Origin: Emiliania huxleyi CCMP1516
Lineage: Eukaryota
Reading direction: 5' to 3'
Assembly: GCF_000372725.1 (NCBI RefSeq)
Contig: NW_005201286.1
Span: 1-64,000 of the forward strand
Length of the DNA stretch: 64,000 nt
A program made the position numbers and the translations under genes. Shown here piece by piece: positions 47,363-59,000 of the stretch (positions within the stretch are counted from its first letter, which is position 1; each line of letters starts with the position of its first letter). The notes under the pieces are model-generated. The model saw only the letters and a program-made list of their open reading frames with translations, had not been told where the DNA came from and made no database searches.

Positions 47363-50300
47363 ATGCGCCACGAGCGCGAGGCGCTGGGCCTCGAGCACTC
47401 GCCGCGCTCCATCTTCAAGATGCTCAACGAGGCGGAGCACTCCGAGTCGCTGGTTTACCTCACCTGTTCGATCTGCGAGGAGGTTCTGGAGGACCCGCTC
47501 TTCACGCCGTGCCACCACACCTTTTGCGGTGCGTGCATCCGCGGCCGGCTGCGCGAAGGCGAGGAGAGCTGCGCCGAGTGCCTCGCGCCTCTGAAAGAGG
47601 GCGACCTGCAGCCAAACCTGATGGCGGCCAAGCTGCTCTCGCGCATGCGCTCGTGCTGCATCTACAAGGCGCACGGCTGCAGCTGGAAGGGACGCGTCTC
47701 CGAGCTCTCGAAGCACTACCGCAGCTGCTCGTACGCGGCCGGCCCCTGCCCGTTTGGGTGCGGCCGCAACCTCACGCCCGCGAGCTACGCCTCGCACGTG
47801 CTCTCCTGTGAGCTGCGGACGGTGGGCGACTGCCCGTGCGGGAGGAAGTACAGGTTCTCGGAGCAGCAGACGCACCGCGCCGTGTGCCTGCCCTACCAGA
47901 GAGAGGCGCGCCGCAGGGCGGAGCGGGAGGCCATCTCGCAAAAACTCCGAAGCTCGCGCAGGCACACCGCAGAGCTGCGAGCCACCTCCCGCTCGGTACG
48001 GCTCGGGGGCGCGCACGAGGCGGTCGAACTCGTCTCAGAGTCGCTGATCCCGCACCTCGTGGCGCTCGCCCTCTTCGCCATGCTGATCCAGCCGCTTCGG
48101 CGCGACGGCACGTTTTCCGCTGCAGTGTACAACATCACCGCCGCATACTCGCAGCAGGGCCCGCTTCTCCACTTCGGCGCCGTGCTGCTCGCAGCGTCGC
48201 TCGCGGCAGACGGCCTGTGGCGCGTGTGCCCTAGAAGCGGAAGACGGAACTCTTGTCTTCCAACTAGCGCTCGAGAGGACACGCACTCCGCTGCACTCGG
48301 CCGCATTCCGCCGTGTTCGTGGCACTACTCACATCCCTCGTATTCGCGCGGTGCTCTGAATGCTCTGCACACGGCCGCACTCCCGCCCTGAGTCTGGCGT
48401 ATCCACCGCCAACACTCTCTGCACAATACCGCACTCCCGCCCCGAGTCTGGCGCATTCGCCCTGCAGGCTCGTGGCGGGCGTGCACTCCTCAGACCCATC
48501 CCTCCTCTCCTTCCCGCCCTCGCCCCCCTCCTCCGCCCCGCTCCTCCCGCGCGGCGGCGCGGACGGCGGCGGCGGGGCGGCCGGCGGCGGCGGCGGCGCG
48601 GCGGGTGCAGGGGATGCGGCGGGCGGGGACCCGTACACACTGATGGAGAGAGCGCTCGGGTGGGCCGCCTCGATGCGCGCAAACGACGAGACGCTCACGC
48701 ACCTCTTCCTGCTGCTGCCGATCATCACCCTCAAGGCGGTCTGCCTCTTCCTCCTCGCCGAGGGACGCAAGGCCACCGGCCAGCGCGACGCCGCCGCGGC
48801 GCGAGCGGCGGGTCGCAACGCCAATCGGGGCGGGGGCCTCCCGACCAGCGGCGCCGAGAGCGGCGCTGGCGGGCTCTGCGGTGGCGAAGACCTCGGCGCG
48901 GCGCTGGAGAAGTACTTGGGCCGCGCCCTCCTCCTCGCGGGCTGCGTCCTCTCGCTGCTGCGCGCCGACGCGTCGTGCGCGCTCGGGCTCCTCGCCACGC
49001 TCGGGCAGCACGAGTCGAGGCTTTACTTCTCCCGCGCCCTGCTCGGCACCGCCCTGCTCGCGCTCGCAATGGACGCCGACTGGCTTGGCGTCGGAGGAGC
49101 GCGGGAGGGCGCGCCTTGCCGGCCGGGCCTGGCCGGCGTGCCTTGCGCCGCGGGGCTTGCCGCGGGTGAAGCGTGGCTGAACCCGACCTACCTCTGGTCG
49201 CTGCTGCTGCAGGGGCGGCTCGCGCTGCTCTGCACGGTGCTCGCCGCGCCACTCAAGCTCGCGCTCCTCCTCATCGGCGCCTACCTCAACTACTCGCAGC
49301 CGGCGGCGCCCACGCGGCCGTTCCGCTTCCCCGAGGCGCGGCGAGATTACCCGAGATTACCCGAGATTACCCGAGAATACCTACGCGGCCGTTCCGATTC
49401 CCCGAGGCGCGGCTCGAGCATGCGGCGGTGGCGCGAGTCTTCAAGCTGCGCCAGAGGAGCGCGCGGCTAGGCGTGCGCCGCCATCTCGCGCCATCTCGCG
49501 CCATCTCGCGCCATCTCGGGCCATCTCGGGCCATCTCGCGCCATCTCGGGTAATCTCGCGGCCAGGCGGCGCTGCCGAGGACGTCGACGAGGCGGAGGCG
49601 CGCTCGGCTATCGCAGGCGACATGCTGTCGAGGGACGCGGCAGAGGAGCTCGCCGAGGGGTTCCGGCGGCAGAGGGCGGAGGAGCGGCAGCTCGCGCTCT
49701 CAAAGTCGCTCTTCGCGTTGGGCTTCCTCTCGCTGCTGCTCGGCTCCGTCGGCGTCCTCTACGGCAGCGAGGGGATCGCGCCGTCCCTCTCCGCGCCGCT
49801 GCTCGAGCTCCCTGTCCTCTCGATGGTCGCCGCGTTCGGCTGCCTCTGCGACTCGCGCACGCGCCGCTCCCCGGAAGTGTCCCGGAAGTGTCCCGGAAGT
49901 GTCTAGGCTGCCTCCGCGACTCGGGCACGTGCCGCTCGTCACCACGCAAGTGCACTCGCTTCCTCTGGTCGACCGTGTACCTGCACTGCACGCTGCTGCT
50001 GCTGCTCTCGTCCGCGCTCGCCCTCTACGCCGCCGAGCTCGCGCACGCACCCGCTTGCTGCGGCTTCGCCCACCTCTCCCTCTTTGAGCAGCTGCAGCTC
50101 TGCACCGTCGTCGCGCTGATCCTCGTCCACGGCCACCGCCTAGACACGTCCTGGACACGCCCTAGACACGCCCTAGACACGTCGTCCTTCACGTCTTCTC
50201 GTCCACGGCCCCCTGCGCCGCCGATGGCCTCTCACGCCCCCCCCCCCCCCCCGGATCCCCCTCCCCCGGTGCGCACAGGCCTCGCCATCGCGACCGTCAC

Positions 50301-52155
50301 GCAGCTACTCGCCGCCATCTCGTCGCTCGCCTCGGCCGACGGCCTGCACGTCCTCAAGGCGGCCGCTCGGAGGGGCCTCTCCGTCGCGTGGGCGCTGCTG
50401 GTTGCCTCGCTGCTCATGCTGCTCGTGCGCCTCGACGTGGACATCGCCCTCGCCCTCCTCGCCCTCGTGGCGCTGTACGAGCTCCGCGCCGCGACCACCG
50501 CCGCCGCCGCCGTCGCCCTCGCGGCCGACGATGAGGGCGAGGACGTCGCCCTCCTCGCGCGCTCTCCGCACCGCGTGCCGGGCGGCGGGCTCACCGTGCT
50601 GCTGCTGCTGCCGGCGGCGGTGGCGGTGGACGTGGTCGACGGGTACGAGAGGCTCACGGGCTGGGCGGCGAGCGACGTTGGCGCGCGGGGCGAGGCGCAG
50701 GCGATGGTGTACACCGAGGCGGCGCTGCTGCTGCTCTGCGGCCTCAAGCTGCTCCTCAAGCTCCGCCTCGCCCTCGCCCTGTGGCGGGTGCGCGCGCTCG
50801 GCCGCCCCGCCGCGCTGGACGGGGGCGAGGTGCGCCGGCTGGGATGCACTGAGCGGGTCCTCTTCGCCGCGTGCGTGCTGAGCCTGGCCGCCGCGCTGGG
50901 CGCGCTCGACGCGTCGCTGCTCCCGTCCTCGCGGACGCTCGGCAGCCTGGGGCAGCCGCGCGACGAGGGCGGGGCGGCGGCGCAGGGCGGCAACGCGACG
51001 CTCGCCGCCCTCGCGGGGGGCGCCCTCCCCGCCAACGCGTCGCCGCACCACCACTTGGACGAGCGCCTGTCGAGCCGCGCATTCTTCGGCGGCCTCCTGC
51101 TGGCGCCGCGGGACACGTCCAGGACACGTCCAGGACACGTCCAGGACACGTCCCTCAGGCGGCTTCCTCCTGGCGCGGCGGGACACCTCGCTGCTCGGCG
51201 CGGCCCTCCGCTCCCCGCCGGCCGCGACCGACGGCGGCGACGGCGGCGAGGGAGGGCAGGGCGGGCAGGGCGGGCAGGGCGGGCAGAAGACTCGCCTCAC
51301 CCTCTCCGAGTGGCTCTCCCCCGACGGCGCCGCCGCCGCACTCAGCGCGGGACCGCTCGCGCTCCTCGCCGCCGCCGGCTGCACCCTCGCCCTCGGCGGC
51401 GGCGGGACGGCCCACTCCTAGAAGCGGAAGACGCATTCCTGGATTGCAATCAGCGAGAGGACGCGTCTCCGCTGCACTCGGCCCGCATTCGGCTGTACTC
51501 CCTCCCTTCACATCCCTCGTGATTCCCGCGGTGCTCGGACTCCTCTGCACAACGCTTTGGTCCCTCCCTGACTTCGATGTGATTCATGGCACAGGTTCCC
51601 ACCCTCGCCGACCTGCCCACCCTCGCGCCGATGGTTGCCGCCGGAGCGCCGGTGCTAGCCGTCGCCTCCGCGGCAGTGCTGCGGCGCGGCCCGCTGCAGG
51701 CGACGCCGCTCGAGGCCTTCCTCGGCATGCTCGCGGGCGGGAGGGGGAAGGAGGAGTGGTCAGAGGTTGGTGTCGGCACCGCCCTCTCGTCGTGGTTCCT
51801 CTCGCTTCAGGTGCCGCTCCTCCTCCTCGTCGCCGCCGCCGCGGTGGCGCTCATCCACAAGCGGCTGAGCGGCGCGGCAAGCGCGGACGCGACGCCGGCG
51901 CCACGCGCCCCTCGGCCGCAGTCGAGGGCGGTGGCCCGCGGTGCGAGCGGCGGGGGTGGCGGTGGCAAGGCCGCCGCCGGCGCCGCCACCGCCGGCTTTG
52001 GCGATGCGCGCGTCGCAGCGGAGGATGCGCTTCCCGAGGCGCGCGGCGGCTGTGCTCTCGCGACGCGCCGCAGCGAGACACGCGCAGCCTTCAGCACGCA
52101 TGCGTCGGCTCTGAACCGTACGGGGAGGCTGCGGTCCTCTCGCCCCGTCCCCTGA
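47363..52155 (+). CDS. C3HC4 RING + TRAF/SIAH-type Zn fingers followed by multi-exon multipass membrane region
   Basis: CSICEEVLEDPLFTPCHHTFCGAC...CAEC; C..KAHGCSWKG...HYRSC; CPFGC...HVLSC; CPCG...HRAVC. Many hydrophobic exons joined by GC-AG introns to a stop at 52155. Confidence 0.65.
48220..48467 (+). mobile_element. Introner-like intron, copy A
   Basis: GC...AG intron containing ctagaagcggaagacg...gagaggac...catccctcgt...cgcggtgctc...ctgcaca. Confidence 0.65.
51410..51594 (+). mobile_element. Introner-like intron, copy B
   Basis: Same sequence family. Phase-0 GC-AG intron. Confidence 0.65.
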
Positions 52156-52679
52156 GCGGCGACCCGCGACCACGCCGTCTCCCTCGCCACGCCGTCGCGC
52201 AACGTCGCCTTGGCGAGGACGCGTCCCCACCGCCGCCGCAGGAAGCGGCGGAGGCAGAGGCGCGGGCGGCGGAAGCGGCAACGGTGGCGAGGGCGCGGGG
52301 CGCGGGAGCGGCAAGAGCAGCGAATGCGGCGGCAGCGGCGGAAACGTCGGGGGAGGCGGCGGAAGCGGCGGCGGCGGAGGCGGCGGCGGAAGCGGCGGCG
52401 GAAGCGGTGGCCGAAGCAGTCGCGGAAGCGGCGGCGGAGGCAGCAGCGGTGGAGACGGAGGCGGAGGGGGCAGCAGCGCGGCTGCTCCGGGTCGGGCGTC
52501 GCCGCAGAGGAGCGATGCACTTTGGAAGTGCCGCGCTTGCTCCATCCTGAACAAGCCCGCCGCCCGCACCTGTCGGGTGTGCGCGCAGCCGCGGCCGCGT
52601 TACGCTTCGCCGCGCCGAGAGGGCGGTGCCGACACCAACCTCTGACCACTCCTCCTTCCCCCTCCCGCTCGCGCCTCGG

Positions 52680-52960
52680 TGCCCGACGTGCCAGCTCTGG
52701 TGGCGCTTGCAGAGGCGGGTGATTTCGCGCCGCTGGTGGCGTTGGCTCGCGACGGCATGGACGGGCAGAAGGAGAAGGCCGCGCATGCGCTTGGGATCCT
52801 CGCCTGCAACGCCGACAATCACCGCGGCGATCGCGAGGGCGGGCGGGCCCGCCTCTGGTGGCGCTGGCTCGCGGCGGCTCGGACTGGCAGAAGGAGCAGG
52901 CCACGAGGGCGCTGGGGAACCTTCGAAGGCGGGCGGCATCCCGGCGATGGCGCCGTGCGC
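52680..52960 (+). pseudogene. Degenerate armadillo-repeat fragment
   Basis: APLVALARDGMDGQKEKAAHALGILACNADN, then frameshifted repeats related to the 40278 gene. Confidence 0.65.
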
Positions 52961-53705
52961 TGGTCTGTGAGAGGTTGAGGTGCGAGCCCTGGAGGCCCTG
53001 GGAATGGGGGGGTCACACAAAAACACAACCCCGCGGTTCACAGCTAGATTCGAGTATCCCCCAAAAGATACATTTGAAATCTTCATTTGACTATAAAGAT
53101 TAAAGATACACTTGACTATGTTACACATTTCAAGCGGTGTATCTTCGAAGTGTATCTTCGAAGTGTACGCGGTCCGTGAAGATACTCTCGTGGCCAATTG
53201 CACGGAGTACGATCTCCACGCGTTTCTCGCGCCGGGCGCCTCTGCCACCCACGCCTCCCTCCCCGAGCACGAGGCGCGTGCCTCCGCCTCCACCGAGGAC
53301 GCGGCGGGCGGGACGATGGTGGCGGAGGTCGCCCTCTCGGCCGCGCTCCCCGACTACGCGGCCGTGCGCGAGGCGGTGGCGCAGCGGGGGGGGGCGGGCA
53401 TGGCGGCGGAGGCATCGCCGCCCTCCGTCAGGCGATCACAGACGGCGCGGCGGTGGCATGGCGGGCGGAGGCTGCTCCCGACGCCAGTCTGGTGCGCGCC
53501 CTCCAACGGGCTCGGCTGGTGCGCGACGAGCATGTTGCGTTTGACGTGCGCGCTGCGGGCTGGGAGCGTCTCGACTGCCGCCGGGCTCGTAGGAGGCGGC
53601 GGCCGAGGCGGAGCGGCGCGAGCGGGCGCGGCTCGACCGAGAGAGGCGAGCAGCCGGCGCCCACCGCGCTAGCGACGCCTCCGTCTCTGCGCCGCCCTCC
53701 TCCTC

Positions 53706-53800
53706 CGCTTAGGCGGCTCCCGTGGTGTACCTGTGCTAGTGCCAGTGCGCGCCAGTCCCGTGCCTAGTGTCGTGCGAGGGAGTTTCTTTGTAAAATTCTT
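53706..53800 (+). repeat. Copy of the 3'-anchored repeat family
   Basis: cgcttaggcggctcccgtggtgtacctgtgctagtgccag...gtaaaattc. Confidence 0.85.
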
Positions 53801-55239
53801 TCTTTGCTTGCCCATCGGAGTTCCCTCGCGTTGCGAAAATTCTTTGCCGCATCTCTAGTGACTTAGTTGCTCCGACCCCCCCGCCCCCCCCCCCTCTCCC
53901 CGGACCGAGGCGCGCGCAAGGCGCGAGACACACTGTCACCTCGAACACGTCGCGGCGCTCGCTTGCTTGCCGTCGCTGGCTGGGGTGGCTGGGCTTTGTC
54001 TGCCACCCACGCACCCCTTTGGAAACAGAGCAGTCCCCCCCCCCCCCGACCACCCGACCGAGCGATTTCTTGTCCTTTTTGTTTTGTTTTGTCGTCGCTG
54101 GCTGGTGGTGGCTGGGCTTAGTTTGGTAGAGAGAGAGATTTTTAGCAATACCAAACAGTTTTGTTGTAGTTTGTTTGCCACACACACGCACCCCTTTGGG
54201 GTCACAGCCCCCCCCCCCCCTCCCCTCCCCACGCACTACGATTTATTTTCCTTGTTCTTTTCGGTTCTTGTTTTTAAAACGCGCGCGCATGCTATTTCTT
54301 TTAGTATGAATTCTTTCCGCCCGTACACTGTACCCCTAGGTTCATCTTGGCCTACTAGTAGATAAGTTAAAATGAAGAATTCTCAAAATACAAGCCACAC
54401 TGGCACGACAAGTGTGTGTGTGTGTGTGCGGCGGGGAGCGAGGAACAGAGAGGAGGAGAGGGCTTATCCGAGGAGGAGGGTGGTGATGATGCATCGACGA
54501 TAGGGGGAGGAACCGAGGTGGTGGGGATGGTGCAATCAGCCGAGGAAGGAGAAGAGGGAGGAGAGGGGAAAGGAGAGGACGCTGGGCACTTCGACTCTGC
54601 GCCATGGATGAGTGCGCAGCGCGAGGAGGCGATCGTGCAGGTTCAACATCTTTGGGGGTAGGGTGGACACGCTGACGAGGCGCAGAGCGCGCCATTGGTG
54701 CGGCGCCGCGCGGCCGCGAGGGGCCGTGGGAGGAGGCTAGCGGGTTGGAGGGCTCAAGGGGGAGGGAGCGGGGGCACCCACACACACACACACGCTGACG
54801 TGAGACGGTTAAAGAGTTACGATCCGGCGGAGTATTTCTTGCTCCGATCGAGTTACAAGAGGAGCTTGATGTTCAGCGAGATTTAAGGTGATACTCTCTG
54901 TGTACGAGTTGCGTCTCTATGCACTATGGTGGATCAGTGGTGGATTTTCACAATCATGCGATGGTGCAAACCGGAGTTTAGCGCTAGCACATCGTGTAGA
55001 GGGTGTCTGCACTCTATCATCATCACTCTTTTTTCACATGTACATGTACATGTTACATGTTCTCAACGTATGTGAATGCGGTGCAAGACGGCCTCGGGCT
55101 CTGTGTTACTATCTTCTTACCCGAGGATGCACATGTTGAGGTGGCCCCCTTTATGGCGGCGCTGGCCTAGCTTACCTTGGCGTGAGCTGCGGCCAGGGCG
55201 CACTCGCCCCCGATGGCATGCCCGCGAGAGTCTCAGAGC

Positions 55240-55560
55240 CGAGAGGTCCTCACAAGAGGTCCTCAATTGATGTTCCGAGAGGACCTCACAGCAGTCCATG
55301 AGGAGCTCAGTCTTTGACTCCGCTCCCACTTGCCCCCACTGGTAATAGTGCCAGTCTGACAAGGGTACTGCTCCAGCCGATCAAGGCCAACATGTAGGTT
55401 GATGTGCGTGACACCGACGACCCGTGTAGGTCCTCTGCTGCTCTTTGATTTATGCTGCCTCTGATCTGACTGTTCCGTGAGGACCTCTCTATCCGTGAGG
55501 ACCTCTGTCCGTGAGGACCTCTTGTCACTCCCCGCGTAGAGTCGCGGCCGGACCTCAGGC
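55240..55560. repeat. GAGGTCCTC motif cluster, forward on the left and reverse on the right (MITE-like)
   Basis: gaggtcctca x2 at left, gtgaggacctct x3 at right. Confidence 0.65.
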
Positions 55561-55891
55561 CACTGCTCAGACCGAGGTAGACCGAAGGCTCGGTAGCCGA
55601 TTTCCCCCTTCAATATCCAGCCGTCAAACAGACAGGGCAGGCCAGTTGGCTCTGCTGCTCTTACTAGATATCAACACGGAGGAAGTGTGCGGTTGTATAC
55701 CTCATCAGCACTGAAATTGCTACTCGTTCGCCTTTGACTCTGTTTCCACCCTCCATCCTCGCACCCCGTCCACTGCTCCAATTTCTCAGTGATGGCAGTG
55801 ATGTTTCCCTCTCGCATTGAGTCCTCCACCACCTCTGAGGGGAATAATCCTCCACCCGCCTTTTCCCACTTGCCCTCCGGGGTAGTCCCTT

Positions 55892-55934
<43 letters not shown>

Positions 55935-56052
55935 CGCACGCACGTCGCGGCGATGAATTCTTTTTGCGCGTACCCCCAGCCGGTTCATCTTCGCGCTCTG
56001 GCATCTCTTGCCGCAAAACACGCAATTCGCGGATCATTCATCCTCCGCCGTC

Positions 56053-59000
56053 ATGCACCGCCGCGCTCTCTCGCGCGTCGCCGCCTCTTCGCGGCCGCGA
56101 CTGCTCTCGCGCCACCTCTTGAGGCGGATGAGCACTGCCGCGGCCGAGATTGCCGAGCGAGGCGCCGCCGCCGGCCTCAAGTTCTACCAGTTCTCCTTCG
56201 TCGACCTCTTTGGTGTGCAGCGAAGCAAGCTCGTGCCAGCCTCTCGCGTCGCGGAGATTGCAGAGGGTGGCGCGGGCTTCGCAGGCTTCGCAGCGCACCT
56301 CGACATGGACCCGACGATGGGCGATCTGCTCGCCGTTCCGGACGCAGCGACGCTCACGCCGCTGCCGTGGCAGCCCGAGGTCGGCTGGCTCAGCTGCAAC
56401 CTTGTGCACGAGGACACGGAGCTCGCCCACGGCCCTCGCAACGTGCTGCGCAGCGTGCAGGCCAAGCCAGCAGTAGTACCTAGTAGGTGATCTGAGCAGC
56501 AATAGTAGGCGACCTGAGCTGCACAGATCGGACCACTATCCACGCCCAAGTGACTGGCGGCAGGAAACGTGGCTTCAACCCGCACAGGGACCGGGGAGAC
56601 GGGACACGCACGCACTGAGACAGAGAGTGAGCGGCGAGAACAGGAGAGCACGCATCATACTCAAGACTACTTACCCTGTATCAATTTACCCTGTATCAAT
56701 TCCTGTATGAACTACGGCTGCGCAGGCCAAGCGGCCGAGCGTGACTCTCGAGCTCACTGACCATGAGTCGATCTGAGTCCCTGTCGTGCCCACGTGCCGT
56801 TAACCAGTATGAGCTCCTCTCGGTGCAGGCCAGGCTGGCCGAGCACGGCGTGGCGCTCAAGACGGGCGTAGAGTGCGAGTTCTTCCTCCTCGACGGCAGC
56901 GCGCCCGCCGCCCGCCCGGCGCTCTCCGACCCGCTCGACGTGCAGGCGAAGCCGTGGTATGACGCGGGCGATCTCGGGTGATCTCGGGTATTCTCGGGTA
57001 TTCTCGGGCAATCTCGGGCAATCTCGGGCGATCTCGGGCAATCTAGGATGACCTCGGGTGATCTCGGGTGATCTCGGGTGATCTCGGGTGATCTCGGGTG
57101 ACCTCGGGTGATCTCGACGTGCAGGCGAAGCCGTGCTATGACGCGCACGCGCTCATGCGCCGGTACGAGCTCATCACCCCATGTCTCCCCATGTCTCCCC
57201 ATATCTCCCCGTATCTCCCCGTACCTCCCCGTACCTCCCCGTACCTCCCCATATCTCCCCGTATCTCCCCATATCTCCCCGTACCTCCCCATATCTCCCC
57301 GCAGGTACGAGCTCATCTCGACGCTGGTGAGCCACATGGAGCAACTCGGCTGGGGCCCGTACCAGGCGGACCACGAGGACGCCAACGGCCCCGACCGCGA
57401 CCGATGCGGAGGGTCCTCCGTGCGCGCGCGTGGCACTGAGCAGTGCCGACCCTTCCGAACAGGCCAGTTCGAGATCAACTGGGACTTTGACGACGCCCTG
57501 GCGAGAGTGCCCGAGAGACCCGAGATTGCCCGAGATTACGAGAGATGACTCGAGATTGCCCGAGATGACCCGAGATTGCCCGAGATTGCCCGAGGTTGCT
57601 TCGACGACGCCCCCGTGACCGCCGACCGCGTTGTGCTGCGCGAGCGGTCAAGTTGGCTCGAGCGAACTCATGCACTCACAGGTGACCGCCGACCGCGTGG
57701 TGCTCTTCAAGTACATGGTGCGCTCGCTGGCCGAGCGGGCCGGCCTCCGCGCGACGTTTATGCCAAAGCCCTTCGCGTCGCTGACCGGCTCCGGCTGCCA
57801 CGCACACGTCTCGCTGCACGAGCCGGGCACGGGCAAGAACCTTTGCCAGGGCGGCGCGCCCGAGGCGCACCTCGGCCTCACCCTCGGCCTCACCTCGGCC
57901 TCACCTCGGCCTCACCTCGGCCTCACCTCGGCCTCACCTCGGCCTCACCTCGGCCTCACCTCGGCCTCACCTCGGCCTCACCTCGGCCTCACCTCGGCCT
58001 CACCTCGGCCTCACCTCGGCGATTTCTCGGCGATTTCTCGGCTATGCCTCGGCTATGCCTCGGCTATGCCTCGGCTATACCTCGGTTGCACCTCGGCTGT
58101 ATCTCGGCTATACCTCGGCGATACCTCGCCTATATCTCCCCCCCTCGAGATGCACGGGCTATCACCGCTGGCGCTCTCCTTCACCGCCGGCCTGCTCGCC
58201 CACGCGCCGGCGCTCACGGCGCTCACCAACCCGACCGTCAACTCGTACAAGGTAAGCCTCGGGCAACCTCGGGCAATCTCGGGCCCATCTCGGCCCATCT
58301 CGGTCCCATCTCAAGCCACCAACCCAACCCTCGGCTCGTCCAAGCGGCTGGGCGCGCGCATGACTTCTTCGGGGGCGACGTGGTGCACTGACAGCCGTGA
58401 TTAGCCGAGAGTAGCCGAGAGTAGCCGAGAGTAGCCGAGAGTAGCCGAGAGTAGCCGAGAGTAGCCGAGAGTAGCCGAGAGTAGCCGAGAGTAGCCGAGA
58501 GTAGCCGAGAGTAGCCGAGAGCACATGTGCATGTGCTGTGTGACTACTCCGCGTGGGGGGTCCCCTACCCCCGGTATAGCCGAACCCATTTCTACCCTGC
58601 CAAGAGTCGAGGTCCTCTGTCGGTCCGGGGACCCGCATGACAGGGTCACACATGCATTGGCAGGTCGCCGACGGCCGCCACGTGGGCGGGGAACAACCGC
58701 ACCGCAGCCCTAGAGGCGGAAGACGCATTCTCGTGCTCCGAGTAGCGCTCGAGAGGACACGGACTCCGCCGTATTCACTGTCCTCGCACCCCTCGTACTC
58801 ACGCGGTGCTCTGAAGACACTGCACAATACCGTACTCCCGCCCCGAGGCTGGCGCCTTCAGCACGGTAGGCACCGCGCTTATCCGCGTCCCCGACGAGCA
58901 CCGCATGGAGCTGCGGCTCGACACGGACAGGAGCGCGAAGCCGAACCCACCGACTCACCAGCCGACAGTGGGCTACCTCCCAATAGGCTGGCCGACATGA

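Noticed and set aside
46253..48016. 587-aa minus-strand ORF
   Set aside because: Antisense shadow of the kinase/RING ORF.
52091..53293. 400-aa minus-strand ORF
   Set aside because: Crosses a chimeric patch of low-complexity, inverted-exon and repeat sequence.
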